DNA from: Haliotis cracherodii
Taxonomy: Eukaryota
Assembly (NCBI RefSeq): GCF_022045235.1
Contig: NW_027266275.1
Span: 25,358,001 to 25,422,000, forward strand
Length of the DNA: 64,000 bases
Reading direction: 5' to 3'
In this document: piece after piece, positions 11,913 to 23,528 of the stretch
How positions within the stretch are numbered: the stretch's first letter is position 1
Layout of the letters: the number at the start of each line of letters is the position of its first letter
Program-made: the position numbers and the translations under genes
Notes under the pieces: model-generated
The model's database searches: none
Told to the model about the DNA's origin: nothing
What the model saw: only the letters and a program-made list of their open reading frames with translations

Positions 11913-14900
11913 ATGGGTAAACTGAACCTTTTTGCAATAACTTTAAATAATCCCCAAGGAGTGTATTACCCGGGGCAGTTCCTTGAGGGTCATGTAACAG
12001 TGGACCTGAAAGAGGGAATGAAGATGAGAGGTAAGTACTGGATAAGACTTATCATACATCTAGACAGTTGTAAGAATATTATTAAACTATTAGACAGTAT
12101 GTGACCACATGAACATTTCAGTGTCAAATATGAAATTTTGATATAGTTGAGCTGTGCTCCAATGATCAGGGGTCTAAAAAAATAAGAATAAAGTACTAAT
12201 AAAAATGTGGTAATAGCTTTACAGGGTTATTAATAACAGCTCATTGTACCAATAGATGACATTAAAAAATTGATAAACACAATCTGCACTGACAGAGATC
12301 ACTGATTAATTAAATCAGCGCAGATATACAAGCGGCTTAATTAAGCAACTGTATTACCTGAATTGTTTGACAGGCATAACTTAGAAGTTGACGGATGACA
12401 AAGTAGACACAATCTATGGACAACAACACCCTTAATTACTGTAAAGGCGACGTTTCGCTATAGATCCTTATACCGTTGTCAAGCAAAAACCGTATATGCG
12501 TGTATTAGAGTATTAACTAACGTGTGGCAAATAGCAAACTAACTACTAAAAACTAGAAGAAAGTATCAGCTCATCAAAACAGTTTTGGACGACCTTGAAA
12601 AACATCAGCAAAAAGAAGGAAACTAAAAGTAACATCGAAATGCATGAGTGGTTTAATTACTTCAAAAATCTTTTCAGCGGTGATGATTCCACAAATAACC
12701 TCCAGTTGAACTCTTTTGATAATGATGAAACCAATTTTGCAACGGAAATATTAGATTCCCCAGTCTCAAAAGAAGAAAATAAATCTGTTATTCAAAATCG
12801 GAAAAACTTGAAAAGCCCGGGATTTGATAAACTTATAACAGAATTCTTTAAATACTGTATATTCAATACAATAATGGATACCTCTTACTTTCCAAAAGGT
12901 TGGACACTTGGAACTATCGTTCCAATTCACAAAAAAGGCTCAGTGACTGATGTTGAAAACTATAGGGGGATTACACTTACCAGTATATTCAGTAAGATAT
13001 TTCTTAGCATTATTAATAAACGCTTGGTATTGTGGTCGGAAGCACTTGATAAGATTGAGGAAGAGCAAGCAGGTTTTCGACAAGGTTACTCAACCACTGA
13101 TAATATGTTTATTCTCCAGGCTCTTATAGATAGGTATATTCAACGTAAACGTGGAAAAATGTATGCTATATTTGTAGATTTTTCGAAAGCATTCGATTCA
13201 GTCTGTAGAGATAAGTTATGGTATCTATTTAATTCACATGGTGTCAGTAATAAAATGGGTAAATTGTTATGTGGTATTTATAAGGAAGTTAAATCATGTG
13301 TTAAACAAAACGGCAAGTATTCAGATTCTTTTATATGTCATACTGATGTACGCCAAGGATGTGTATTAAGCCCTTTTTTGTTCTGTTTTTTTATTAATGA
13401 GCTTGCAGCCCAAATCAAAAGAAATTATGATGATGGTATACAATTACATCCTGAACTTATAAAAATATTTATGTTACTATTTGCAGATGATATAATCATG
13501 TTCTCGAGTACTGTGAAAGGTTTACAAACTTTGATAAATCAGCTAGAATTGTACTGTGATACGTGGAAACTTAATGCTAATCTAGATAAGACAAAAATTG
13601 TTGTATTTAGCAAAGGAAATACGCTGTCAAAAAACGAAAAGTGGTACTTTCGGGGACAATTACTCCAAACTGAAACCTCATATAAATATCTTGGTGTAAT
13701 ATTTTCAAGTAAATTATCATGGAACCGACATATATGTAATGCAGCAATCCAAGCTAAAAAGATGCTATTTGGCATTTTACAAACGTTTGAACATTTTAGC
13801 GAGTGTGCTTATAAATCTTTTTTCAAAATCTTTGACACAAAAATAGCTCCTATTCTTTCCTATGGTTCAGAAATATGGGGTTTTGCAGAGGCTAAAGAAA
13901 TTGAATCCGTACATTTATACGCATGCAAAAGATTTCTTGGTGTTAAACATAGTACGTCTAACGTAATGGTTTATGGTGAATGTGGTCGCATGCCCTTGTA
14001 TCACTACTTAAAAATCATAAGATACTGGTTAAAATTACTAAAAATGCCAGTAAGTAGATTGCCAAAAAAATGTTATAATATGATGCTATTGTATGAAAAG
14101 AATGGAGATCAAAATTGGGCATACAATGTTAAATGTCTACTGTATAAATGTGGGTATGGTTACATCTGGGAAAACCAATGTTTCTTAGAGAATCATGCCA
14201 TGTTCATATCGAAAATAAGGCAGACGCTTTTTGACATGTACTTTCAAACATGGAGATCTACTGTAGATGTTTCTAGCAAATGTGAATATTATAGATATTT
14301 TAAAATGCAAATATGCGCAGAAAAATATTTAACTGATGTAAATATAAGAAAATGCAGAATATCATTAACACAATTTAGATGCAGCTCACACAGGTTAATG
14401 GTTGAAGTTGGCAGGCACAACAAAATACCCAAATGTTCAATATTATGTAAACAATGTTCTTTAAATGTTGTCGAAGATGAATTTCATTTTCTACTTGTAT
14501 GTTGTAAATATGACAATTTAAGGAAAAAATATATTGAACAGAAATACTATGTACATCCAAATAAATACAAGTTTATCTCTTTAATTTTACATGTGAGCAA
14601 AACGGCTATACAAAATCTCTCTCTCTTTATATATCATGCCATGTTATTAAGAAATGAATCCTTGTAACATTCCTAACCGCTTCCACATTGTCATGTATTC
14701 TGTACTATGGGCCTGTGGCCTTACAGTTATATATGAATAAACTGATTGACAGGCATAACTTAGAAGTTGACGGATGACAAAGTAGACACAATCTATGGAC
14801 AACAACACCCTTAATTACTGTAAAGGCGACGTTTCGCTATAGATCCTTATACCGTTGTCAAGCAAAAACCGTATATGCGTGTATTAGAGTATTAACTAAC

Positions 14901-17900
14901 GTGTGGCAAATAGCAAACTAACTACTATATCTATACTGGAGTTGTAAGTATCAAAATAGATCGCTGGACATAAGCTATTCAACGGTATCAGGATTTACAA
15001 CAAGCTATGTACAATTATTAATGAGGCAAAAATGACCATAAATACACGAGAAATGTCTGTGTGTACTTATAAATTTCCCGAATGTTTGAAAATCATAGTG
15101 ACAAAAACATTTTAAATACAAGAATACGGTAGCGAACATACAAGAGATAACATACATCAAGTCAATCCATGGTCTGAGACTGCTAAGGGAATGAACTAGT
15201 CGGGCCACTAAGTCTCTAACACAGAAGGTACTAACGCTGTAGGATATCGACAGCCGGACCTTGCCGAGCGGTGCCGAAAATATAGCCGGTCACTAGACCG
15301 TGACATGAGGAAATTCGAGACACAGTGACTATGTGATTTAATAATCACAACGTATTTTATGCTCCACTTCATGTCAATTAAGATAGTTTTTAATGACAGG
15401 TCAACAGCCCGATTGACCACTCATAGATGCGTTCAATGTGATAGAGGGTTTCTCGTTAAATTTGTTACGATTTTATTTAGTTGAGGTGAGGTGAGGTGAA
15501 ATTGGATTTAACGTCGCGTCCAAGATTATTGCACTTATATAGCGACGTGCATGTACGTGTGTGTGTTTGTGTGGCTGCTTGTACTAGTCCGGACTGATGT
15601 TGATTTATAGTGCTAGCCCACTGAGATACCATGCCGCAGTTTAACATGAATAACCCACTAAGACACAGTATACTGACTCCGAGCCGACCAGTCCTTGTTT
15701 TAGCTCCTTAATGCCGAACGCCAGACAGGGTAACAACAAGTACCATCTTTTAACGTCTTTTGGTATGACGCGGCCGGGGATCGAACCCCGAACCTTCCGC
15801 TCTCCGGGCGGACGCTCTACCACAAGACCACGGAGGCGGTCTCATTTAGTAACTACAACAAATTGTATATCTTCAACCACTGACTATGATCAGACAAGGT
15901 TGTCTAACTGGTCTCCTTTATTTCTAGTTCAGGTGGATAAATCAGATGAAGGGAATCGGCTGTTTGATTTAAAGAGAATTGGCTATTACAAAAACTATAG
16001 TAGGCCTCTAAACATGCTACCAGCAGGATTTAAGCCCGTTACTACAGCGGAATGAAGTAACGGGGTCTTAGGACACGCGCAGTAAAGAACCCAGCAAGGC
16101 GCATGCACACAAGCACGTGGCCTCTATCGTTCCGGCAGCCAGCATTTTTTACACTCAACCAGTGTGCAATTCACTTCTCCGACCCCTAACCCCTGTACCA
16201 CCGAAACATGTTTAATTATTTAGTTAAAAGTAATTTCAGACTTTATTTATTTAGTGTTCAGTTTTCAACCACTGAAGGGAATTCACACTTGGGTTAACAG
16301 TATTATACATGTAGGTATTATTTCTCCCAAGCAGCCCCAATTATAGTATTACGCATAAGTGTACAATCCATGGCCACTGTCTGTACTGGTGGTAACATTC
16401 ACAGGGGGCAATGGCTGTCAATGCATCGGGCTCAGTCATCCTGAATGAGGGTACACAGTAGGAAGTAATAGATGTACCTGATTTGGTTACTTAACCAATG
16501 CCTGGTAGCAATCACTAAATCGGGCCCTTTGTGGCATGATCGATGGTCGATCATGCACAACACTTTGCAATGAGAATACCTGTTACCACCAACCATGGTT
16601 AATTGTGCATGGTAACATAGTCACGTGAGTATATCTGTTTTAGCTCATATATTAGGTCTTGTATACCTGCCTCGATATACAATGTATTATATGATTGGTA
16701 AATATGTCATTTCCTTACTGTATGTGAAGTATCCAATACATTCTTGACTGAATCTTACCAGCAGGTACACCATCACAGGTAGTAATAAACAAGGCGTACA
16801 CTCTTCGTGTACTGATCATGGGGACAATTTTCTTCTCACTGCTCAATTAGGGGAGATATGGATCAGAACCTAATCCAGCCTACATCGTCTTCAAAGATCA
16901 ATAAAAAGTTCGTTATGCGCATTAATAGTACTTTGACTGTGAATTTAACACAACACGATAGAAAAGATTGAGTAGAGATCTGTAAAAGAGTTTGTTATAA
17001 CCAACGTTCCCAAACACATATGTTTGCATATACAAAGAAATCCCGACAATGCATGAATATTTCTCACCAAAATATTTTTGCTGGTGGGAAATGATTTGAA
17101 GGTAATATAACGTCGTAATATATTTTCCACATCAATAGTACTTTGGCTTCTTTGATATGCATTTTGAAGTTGGATACTTGTTCTCAAGGTTGTTGAGTCG
17201 GTTGATGGTTGAGATTGCCATGTCTCCATGAAGACTTCTTACTTAGTAATTTGACTGTTGGTGTCACACCAACACGACAGAACAGATTAAGCAACTAAAT
17301 GTATGTTGTTCATAAATGCATCTTGGCAGGTCTTCATGAAACTCGAGAAGCTTGACTGGATTGTTGCATTCAATGTATCTGCTGTGGTTCTAGTCGAGTG
17401 CTATACTAATTGTGTTCATTTACATATCATGGTGTTAAGGATGTGGAATAAGGCCATTTTAAATGGACTTAATACTACCATCATTTAGTCTGCTTGGTTT
17501 ACGGATCCGCTGACCTTAAAAATCGAAATTTCAGCAACAAAAACAAATCATAATGACAAGGAGTTTCTAATACAGTCGACGGTGAAGGTCGCTTTGACAA
17601 TAAAAATGACATTGAAATGCCGCTGTCAGGTTTTAGATTTATAATATGTATGAAAGCAAAACCAGGCTGAGCTTTTATTTATTTTTATCACCTACTCATC
17701 CAAATCACTTCAAAATCTGTAAACCAAATACACAATTCTGTCCTCAAGGGTGTTTCTGGTGCACGGGCTTGTACACATTCAGCTGCCAACTAAAACAAGA
17801 GTTTTTTAAATCAAATGCGCCTATAACATAAGATGATAATATTTGGTCTTCTTCACAGGCATAAGACTACATTTCTTCGGTGGCGCCACTGTGAAATGGT

Positions 17901-20900
17901 CGGAGACGTATACCGTTTCCGGGACGACTTATACAAAGATCTACTCAGCTAATGAAACCTACTTCAACCATGAAGTGGTTTTATTTGGGAAAGGTATAAA
18001 AACCCACTTCAGCTACCATTAATATTCAAAAGCAGTGTGTTTCTTATAATGGAATCAAAACAATACCGAGTGGCGAAACCGTATGACGAATTATGTGTCA
18101 AGCTCCAGATCAAGATAGTGTATTGTATTCAAGGCCTACAGCCCATATACGCGCAACCATGTTGTATACGTACATATATATATTTGCACACTGGTTTGTT
18201 TAGAGGCGGCCGTCGCATGGCAGGAGTTCTGTTGTGTACTGTATCATGTTGACAATTAGTGTCTGAATTAGGTTCAGTAATCGGATATTTATTAGAGAGT
18301 TCCTCAGTGTTTAATTGTACTTACCAGAGGTCCAACAGTGAAAGGAGTCTAGTCCTGGAAGATCTGCATGTGTCCACATGTTTAAAGTTAACAATAGTTT
18401 GTATTTGGGGTTGTATGAAGTCATGAAACCTTTATGTATAACAACGTCTATAGTGTGATGAAGGTAACATGATTGTCATCATGACAATGCATGTGCATGT
18501 CGGTATACGTGAAAAATATATGTTGAGAGGAGCCATCAGTATGAATGGTACGAATTCTTTTTGACAATAAATCAGTGTTCATGTGTATAATTTTTCAAAA
18601 TGTCTTCGCCTGAAAACGAAGCCATATCTCACCGCTAAAAGATGTCACTTAGAAGTTCGAAACAGGCGTGGTTGTCCTCCTTGCTACCATGAACGTACAA
18701 CATAAGAACACTACATATTTATTGTTGGCATATTGCAGCGTCGGGACAAGGGGGAGACAACCCTACTCTATCCGCAGGAAGTTATACATATCCCTTCCGA
18801 TACCAGTTGCCAAAAGGACTCCCCTCCTCGTTTGAGGGTTCGGTGGGGAGGATAAGATACTGGCTCAATGGTACCATTGACAAACCATGGAAGTTCGACC
18901 ACACAACAAAAAGGGCTTTTACAGTTGTCAATCTACTCGACCTCAACACAGAACCTGGAGCTAAAGTAGGCGAAAGTTACTTCGTAAAAGTATTCCATTT
19001 AACCAAATTAATAATTATAAATTCACTTTATAAGGATCATTCAATATAAATTGTAATATCCTTGATTGTGATTGTAAAAATCAGAAATATTTATTGATAT
19101 GTTTGCAGGGTATTGCTGCAAATCAAAATGTGCTGAACGAAGTAGGCATGCAAGAAAACTTAATAATTTATGATTGCAGGAAGGCTTACAGGGAGCGAAT
19201 GAAAAGAACTTGTGTTGCTTATGCTGCAAATCTGGACCAATCAGCTGCAAGTTCGAAATTGACCGGCGTGGTTATGTTCCGGGGGAATCTATTCCTATCA
19301 AAGCTGAGATCATCAACCACAGCAACAGGAGGATGAAGAGATCGTACGCTGAATTGTACATGGTTAGTAAGAATTGTGTGTGAAAATGTTGTTTCATATT
19401 TTGACAACAGAGCTAGACGTGCTTACTTTCAATGTCATTGTATGGTCGAACTAGACAGTTGTTATTGCTGGGTGCTGTCTTATGCGACACACAATCATTA
19501 CTCGTGCTGCCAGTACAGTACCTGGTGTTCAGTGATACAGCCTTTGATACAACTTTCATCACGAGTTGGCCGATGTATCAAAAGATAATTGATTATTCTC
19601 TCTCATGTTTAATATTTATATTTAGTGTGGTAGTGTCAAACTATTACACGATGAAAACATTTAACGGATGGTCATTTGATTAAATTTAGGTGCCTTTGCC
19701 ATATTAATTTCAGAAATGTTTCCAGTATCCATTTTCAAGGTTGTCGTTTACACTGCTGAACATGTTAACTTAACAGAAACTGTATATCGCACTTTAGATT
19801 TTGTCAGATTTGTAGTAAATCTAGTTTTAAGTTGACACCTTGGGGAATTTTGTTGGTAACATTATGATTTGTTTGATGTAACATTCGTACATTCGGCTTT
19901 AAAAATATTAGAAAGCAGTGGTTGTGATTCTCCATGTGTATATTTTGCACATTGTAGATCTAGGTATTTCACTGACTGATAATATTCTCTTGAGGTTTTG
20001 ATGTTCCATGTTTTAGGTTGTCAATTATCACGCGACGACAAAGTCAATAACCAACAACAAGAAAATAGGGGAAATATCCCACGGGGAAATTCTTCCTGGA
20101 GACTCTGATACATGGAATGGAGACCTTCTACCCATACCACCACTGCCGCCATCTAAACTACAGGGATGCAGAATAATTGCAATGGAGTACTATGTGAAGG
20201 TAACTGTTCTTAGATTGACGTAAATTAGTTTTTTTACATAGATTATCCATATACATGAAACCTAACGCTTGTCTTTTTATGGGCAATAAACCATACTTTG
20301 GACACTGTCTCAGCTCTAGTAAATGTGCAATTGTGTTTTTAAATTTGTTGTTATCGCAATGCATTTTACTGGCCTTTATGGCCTAAAAATAATACCTTTA
20401 TGCCTGGGATCCTTGGACTATTGTGTCTTATGTTTCAGCTCTGTGTAAATCCTGCTGGACCCGCATTCCAGTTGGAAGTACCGCTCAGGCTGATCATCGG
20501 ATCAATTCCACTCCAGTCCACACTGCAGCAGTACGGGTTTGCTCCTCCGCTACAGGGTCCCAGCCAGTCCCAGCTTTACCAGGGAGGGGCACAGGCTTCT
20601 GCCCCACCTGGAATATCAATGCGTGAGTTCCGTTTGTCTTCTTGTTATCATGATACTTTCTGAAATCTCCAACCACTTCCATTGCACTCGCTCGTCACGA
20701 TTCCTCACATGGGTACAATATGTGAAGCCCATTTCTGGTATCCCCCGCCATGATATTGCTGGAATATTGCTAAAAGTAGCGTAAAACAATACTCACTCAC
20801 TCACTCATTTCCCATGCAAATCTACTAAACAATACGTTGTATGTTGTAAATGATTTACTATATGTGATAGTACTGCCATGAGAATAAATTGCGTTATTTG

Positions 20901-21061
20901 TCGTTTCAGCACCTCCATCTTTCTCAGAAAGTGCGTTTGGCACAGTGAACATAAAGGATGATGACGACACCGAGCATACCAAAGGAGACATGAACTATGC
21001 TCCAATGTACGCTTATTACAACTGGGGACAAACAGCCCAGCCTTCAGATCCTCCACAGTAG
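11913..21061 (+). CDS. ARRDC: Alpha-arrestin / arrestin domain-containing protein, copy 1 (393 aa, 7 exons)
   Basis: join(11913..12030,17859..17993,18739..18965,19180..19362,20017..20199,20439..20622,20910..21061) = 1182 nt, all GT-AG and phase consistent. Arrestin_N motifs GVYYPGQFLEGHVTV and YPFRYQLPKGLPSSFEGSVGRIRY; Arrestin_C motifs GYVPGESIPIKAEIINHS and LPIPPLPPS...CRII. Confidence 0.95.
12367..12548. repeat. 182-bp direct repeat, left copy
   Basis: ttgacaggcataac...aactaactacta, identical by eye to 14746-14927. Confidence 0.95.
12447..12484 (-). ncRNA. Minimal type I hammerhead ribozyme-like motif (U3-A8 variant, Penelope-type)
   Basis: Minus strand gc-UUGACAA-c-GGUAUA-aggauc-UAUAGC-GAAAC-GUC-gc. 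One G.G mismatch in stem II and a very short stem I. Confidence 0.6.
12549..14745 (+). mobile_element. 5'-truncated non-LTR retrotransposon (probably RTE-X-like) with uninterrupted RT ORF 12595-14667
   Basis: RT motifs KSPGFD, NYRGITL, EEQAGFR, FVDFSKAFDSV, VRQGCVLSPFLF, LFADD, YKYLG; C-terminal CxxC...EDEFHFLLVC; aataaa then ctga tail. No endonuclease domain present. Confidence 0.93.
14746..14927. repeat. 182-bp direct repeat, right copy
   Basis: Identical by eye to 12367-12548, offset 2379. Confidence 0.95.
14826..14863 (-). ncRNA. Second copy of the minimal hammerhead-like motif
   Basis: Same sequence as 12447-12484. Confidence 0.6.
15482..15842 (-). mobile_element. SINE family A, full length
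   Basis: Reverse complement of 5417-5752; flanked by atttagt on both sides. Confidence 0.9.
20685..20808 (+). mobile_element. SINE family C, internally deleted, in ARRDC intron 6
   Basis: Matches 458-626 (gtgaagcccatttctgg...gctaaaagtagcgtaaaacaatactcactcac). Absent from the paralogous intron. Confidence 0.85.
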
Positions 21062-23520
21062 ATACATCTTCATCAGCAGCTGTAACAATATGCAACAGCT
21101 CAGCCGTCACCTTCGCACCAGAAACATTTTCATAAATAGCAGCTGTAACAACATGCAACAACTCAGCCTTCACCTCCTCAGTGGATACATCTTCATCGCT
21201 AAGAGCTGTAACAACATGCAACAACTCCGCCTTCAGCTCTTTCATAATAGATACATCTTCTTCCCTAGGAGCTGTAACAACATGCAAAAACTCAGCCTTC
21301 AGATCCTTCACAGTATATAAATCTTCATCCCTAGGAGCTGTAACAACATGCAACAACTCAGCCTTCAGATCTTTCACAGTAGATACATCTTCATCCCTTG
21401 GAGCTGTAACAACATGCAACAACTCAGCCTTCAGATCCTTCACAGTATATACATCTTCATCCCTAGGAGCTGTAACAACATGCAACAACTCAGCCTTCAG
21501 ATCCTTCACAGTAGATACATCTTCATCCCTAGGATCTGTAACAACATGCAACAACTCAGCCTTCAGATCCTTCACAGTATATACATCTTCATCCCTAGGA
21601 GCTGTAACAACATGCAACAACTCAGCCTTCAGATCCTTCACAGTATATACATCTTCATCAATAGGAGCTGTAACAACATGCAACAACTCAGCCTTCAGAT
21701 CCTTCACAGTAGATACATCTTCATCAATAGGAGCTGTAACAACATGCAACAACTCAGCCTTCAGATCCTTCACAGTATATACATCTTCATCCCTAGGAGC
21801 TGTAACAACATGCAACAACTCAGCCTTCAGATCCTTCACAGTAGATACATCTTCATCCCTAGGAGCTGTAACAACATGCAACAACTCAGCCTTCAGATCC
21901 TTCACAGTATATAAATCTTCATCCCTAGGAGCTGTAACAACATGCAACAACTCAGCCTTCAGATCCTTCACAGTATATACATCTTCATCCCTAGGAGCTG
22001 TAACAACATGCAACAACTCAGCCTTCAGATCCTTCACAGTATATACATCTTCATCAATAGGAGCTGTAACAACATGCAACAACTCAGCCTTCAGATCCTT
22101 CACAGTAGATACATCTTCATCCCTAGGAGCTGTAACAACATGCAACAACTCAGCCTTCAGATCCTTCACAGTAGATACATCTTCATCCCTTGGAGCTGTA
22201 ACAACATGCAACAACTCAGCCTTCAGATCCTTCACAGTATATACATCTTCATCCCTAGGAGCTGTAACAACATGCAACAACTCAGCCTTCAGATCCTTCA
22301 CAGTAGATACATCTTCATCCCTAGGATCTGTAACAACATGCAACAACTCAGCCTTCAGATCCTTCACAGTATATACATCTTCATCAATAGGAGCTGTAAC
22401 AACATGCAACAACTCAGCCTTCAGATCCTTCACAGTATATACATCTTCATCAATAGGAGCTGTAACAACATGCAACAACTCAGCCTTCAGATCCTTCACA
22501 GTAGATACATCTTCATCAATAGGAGCTGTAACAACATGCAACAACTCAGCCTTCAGATCCTTCACAGTATATACATCTTCATCCCTAGGAGCTGTAACAA
22601 CATGCAACAACTCAGCCTTCAGATCCTTCACAGTAGATACATCTTCATCCCTAGGAGCTGTAACAACATGCAACAACTCAGCCTTCAGATCCTTCACAGT
22701 ATATAAATCTTCATCCCTAGGAGCTGTAACAACATGCAACAACTCAGCCTTCAGATCCTTCACAGTATATACATCTTCATCCCTAGGAGCTGTAACAACA
22801 TGCAACAACTCAGCCTTCAGATCCTTCACAGTATATACATCTTCATCAATAGGAGCTGTAACAACATGCAACAACTCAGCCTTCAGATCCTTCACAGTAG
22901 ATACATCTTCATCCCTAGGAGCTGTAACAACATGCAACAACTCAGCCTTCAGATCCTTCACAGTAGATACATCTTCATCCCTAGGAGCTGTAACAACATG
23001 CAACAACTCAGCCTTCAGATCCTTCACAGTAGATACATCTTCATCCCTAGGAGCTGTAACAACATGCAACAACTCAGCCTTCAGATCCTTCACAGTATAT
23101 ACATCTTCATCCCTAGGAGCTGTAACAACATGCAACAACTCAGCCTTCAGATCCTTCACAGTAGATACATCTTCATCCCTAGGAGCTGTAACAACATGCA
23201 ACAACTCAGCCTTCAGATCCTTCATAGTACATACATCTTCATCCCTAGGAGCTGTAACAACATGCAACAACTCAGGCTTCGGCTCCTTCACAGTAGATAC
23301 ATCTTCATCCCTAGGAGCTGTAACAACATGCAACAACTCAGCCTTCAGATCCTTCACAGTATATACATCTTCATCCCTAGGAGCTGTAACAACATGCAAC
23401 AACTCAGCCTTCAGATCCTTCACAGTAGATACATCTTCATCCCTAGGAGCTGTAACAACATGCAACAACTCAGCCTTCAGATCCTTCACAGTAGATACAT
23501 CTTCATCTCTAGGAGCTGTT
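21038..23520. repeat. 66-bp minisatellite (~38 units) starting in the last codons of ARRDC copy 1
   Basis: Unit cagccttcagatccttcacagtagatacatcttcatccctaggagctgtaacaacatgcaacaact. About 4 diverged units are followed by ~34 near-identical ones. Confidence 0.97.
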
Positions 23521-23528
23521 GTTACCCA

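Larger units (their letters stand above)
12149..15305 (-). mobile_element. Solo-LTR-like repeat in ARRDC intron 1, split by nested insertions
   Basis: 12149-12322 and ~14900-15305 match the copies at 7882-8450 and 23529-24591. Ends ...tagaccgtgaca; tgag on both flanks may be a 4-bp TSD. Confidence 0.75.

Noticed and set aside
21038-23520. CRISPR-like array or repeat-protein extension of the arrestin
   Set aside because: Units are contiguous with no unique spacers. The arrestin frame stops at 21061, and the Ser/Thr-rich sense frame has a TAA at ~21132.
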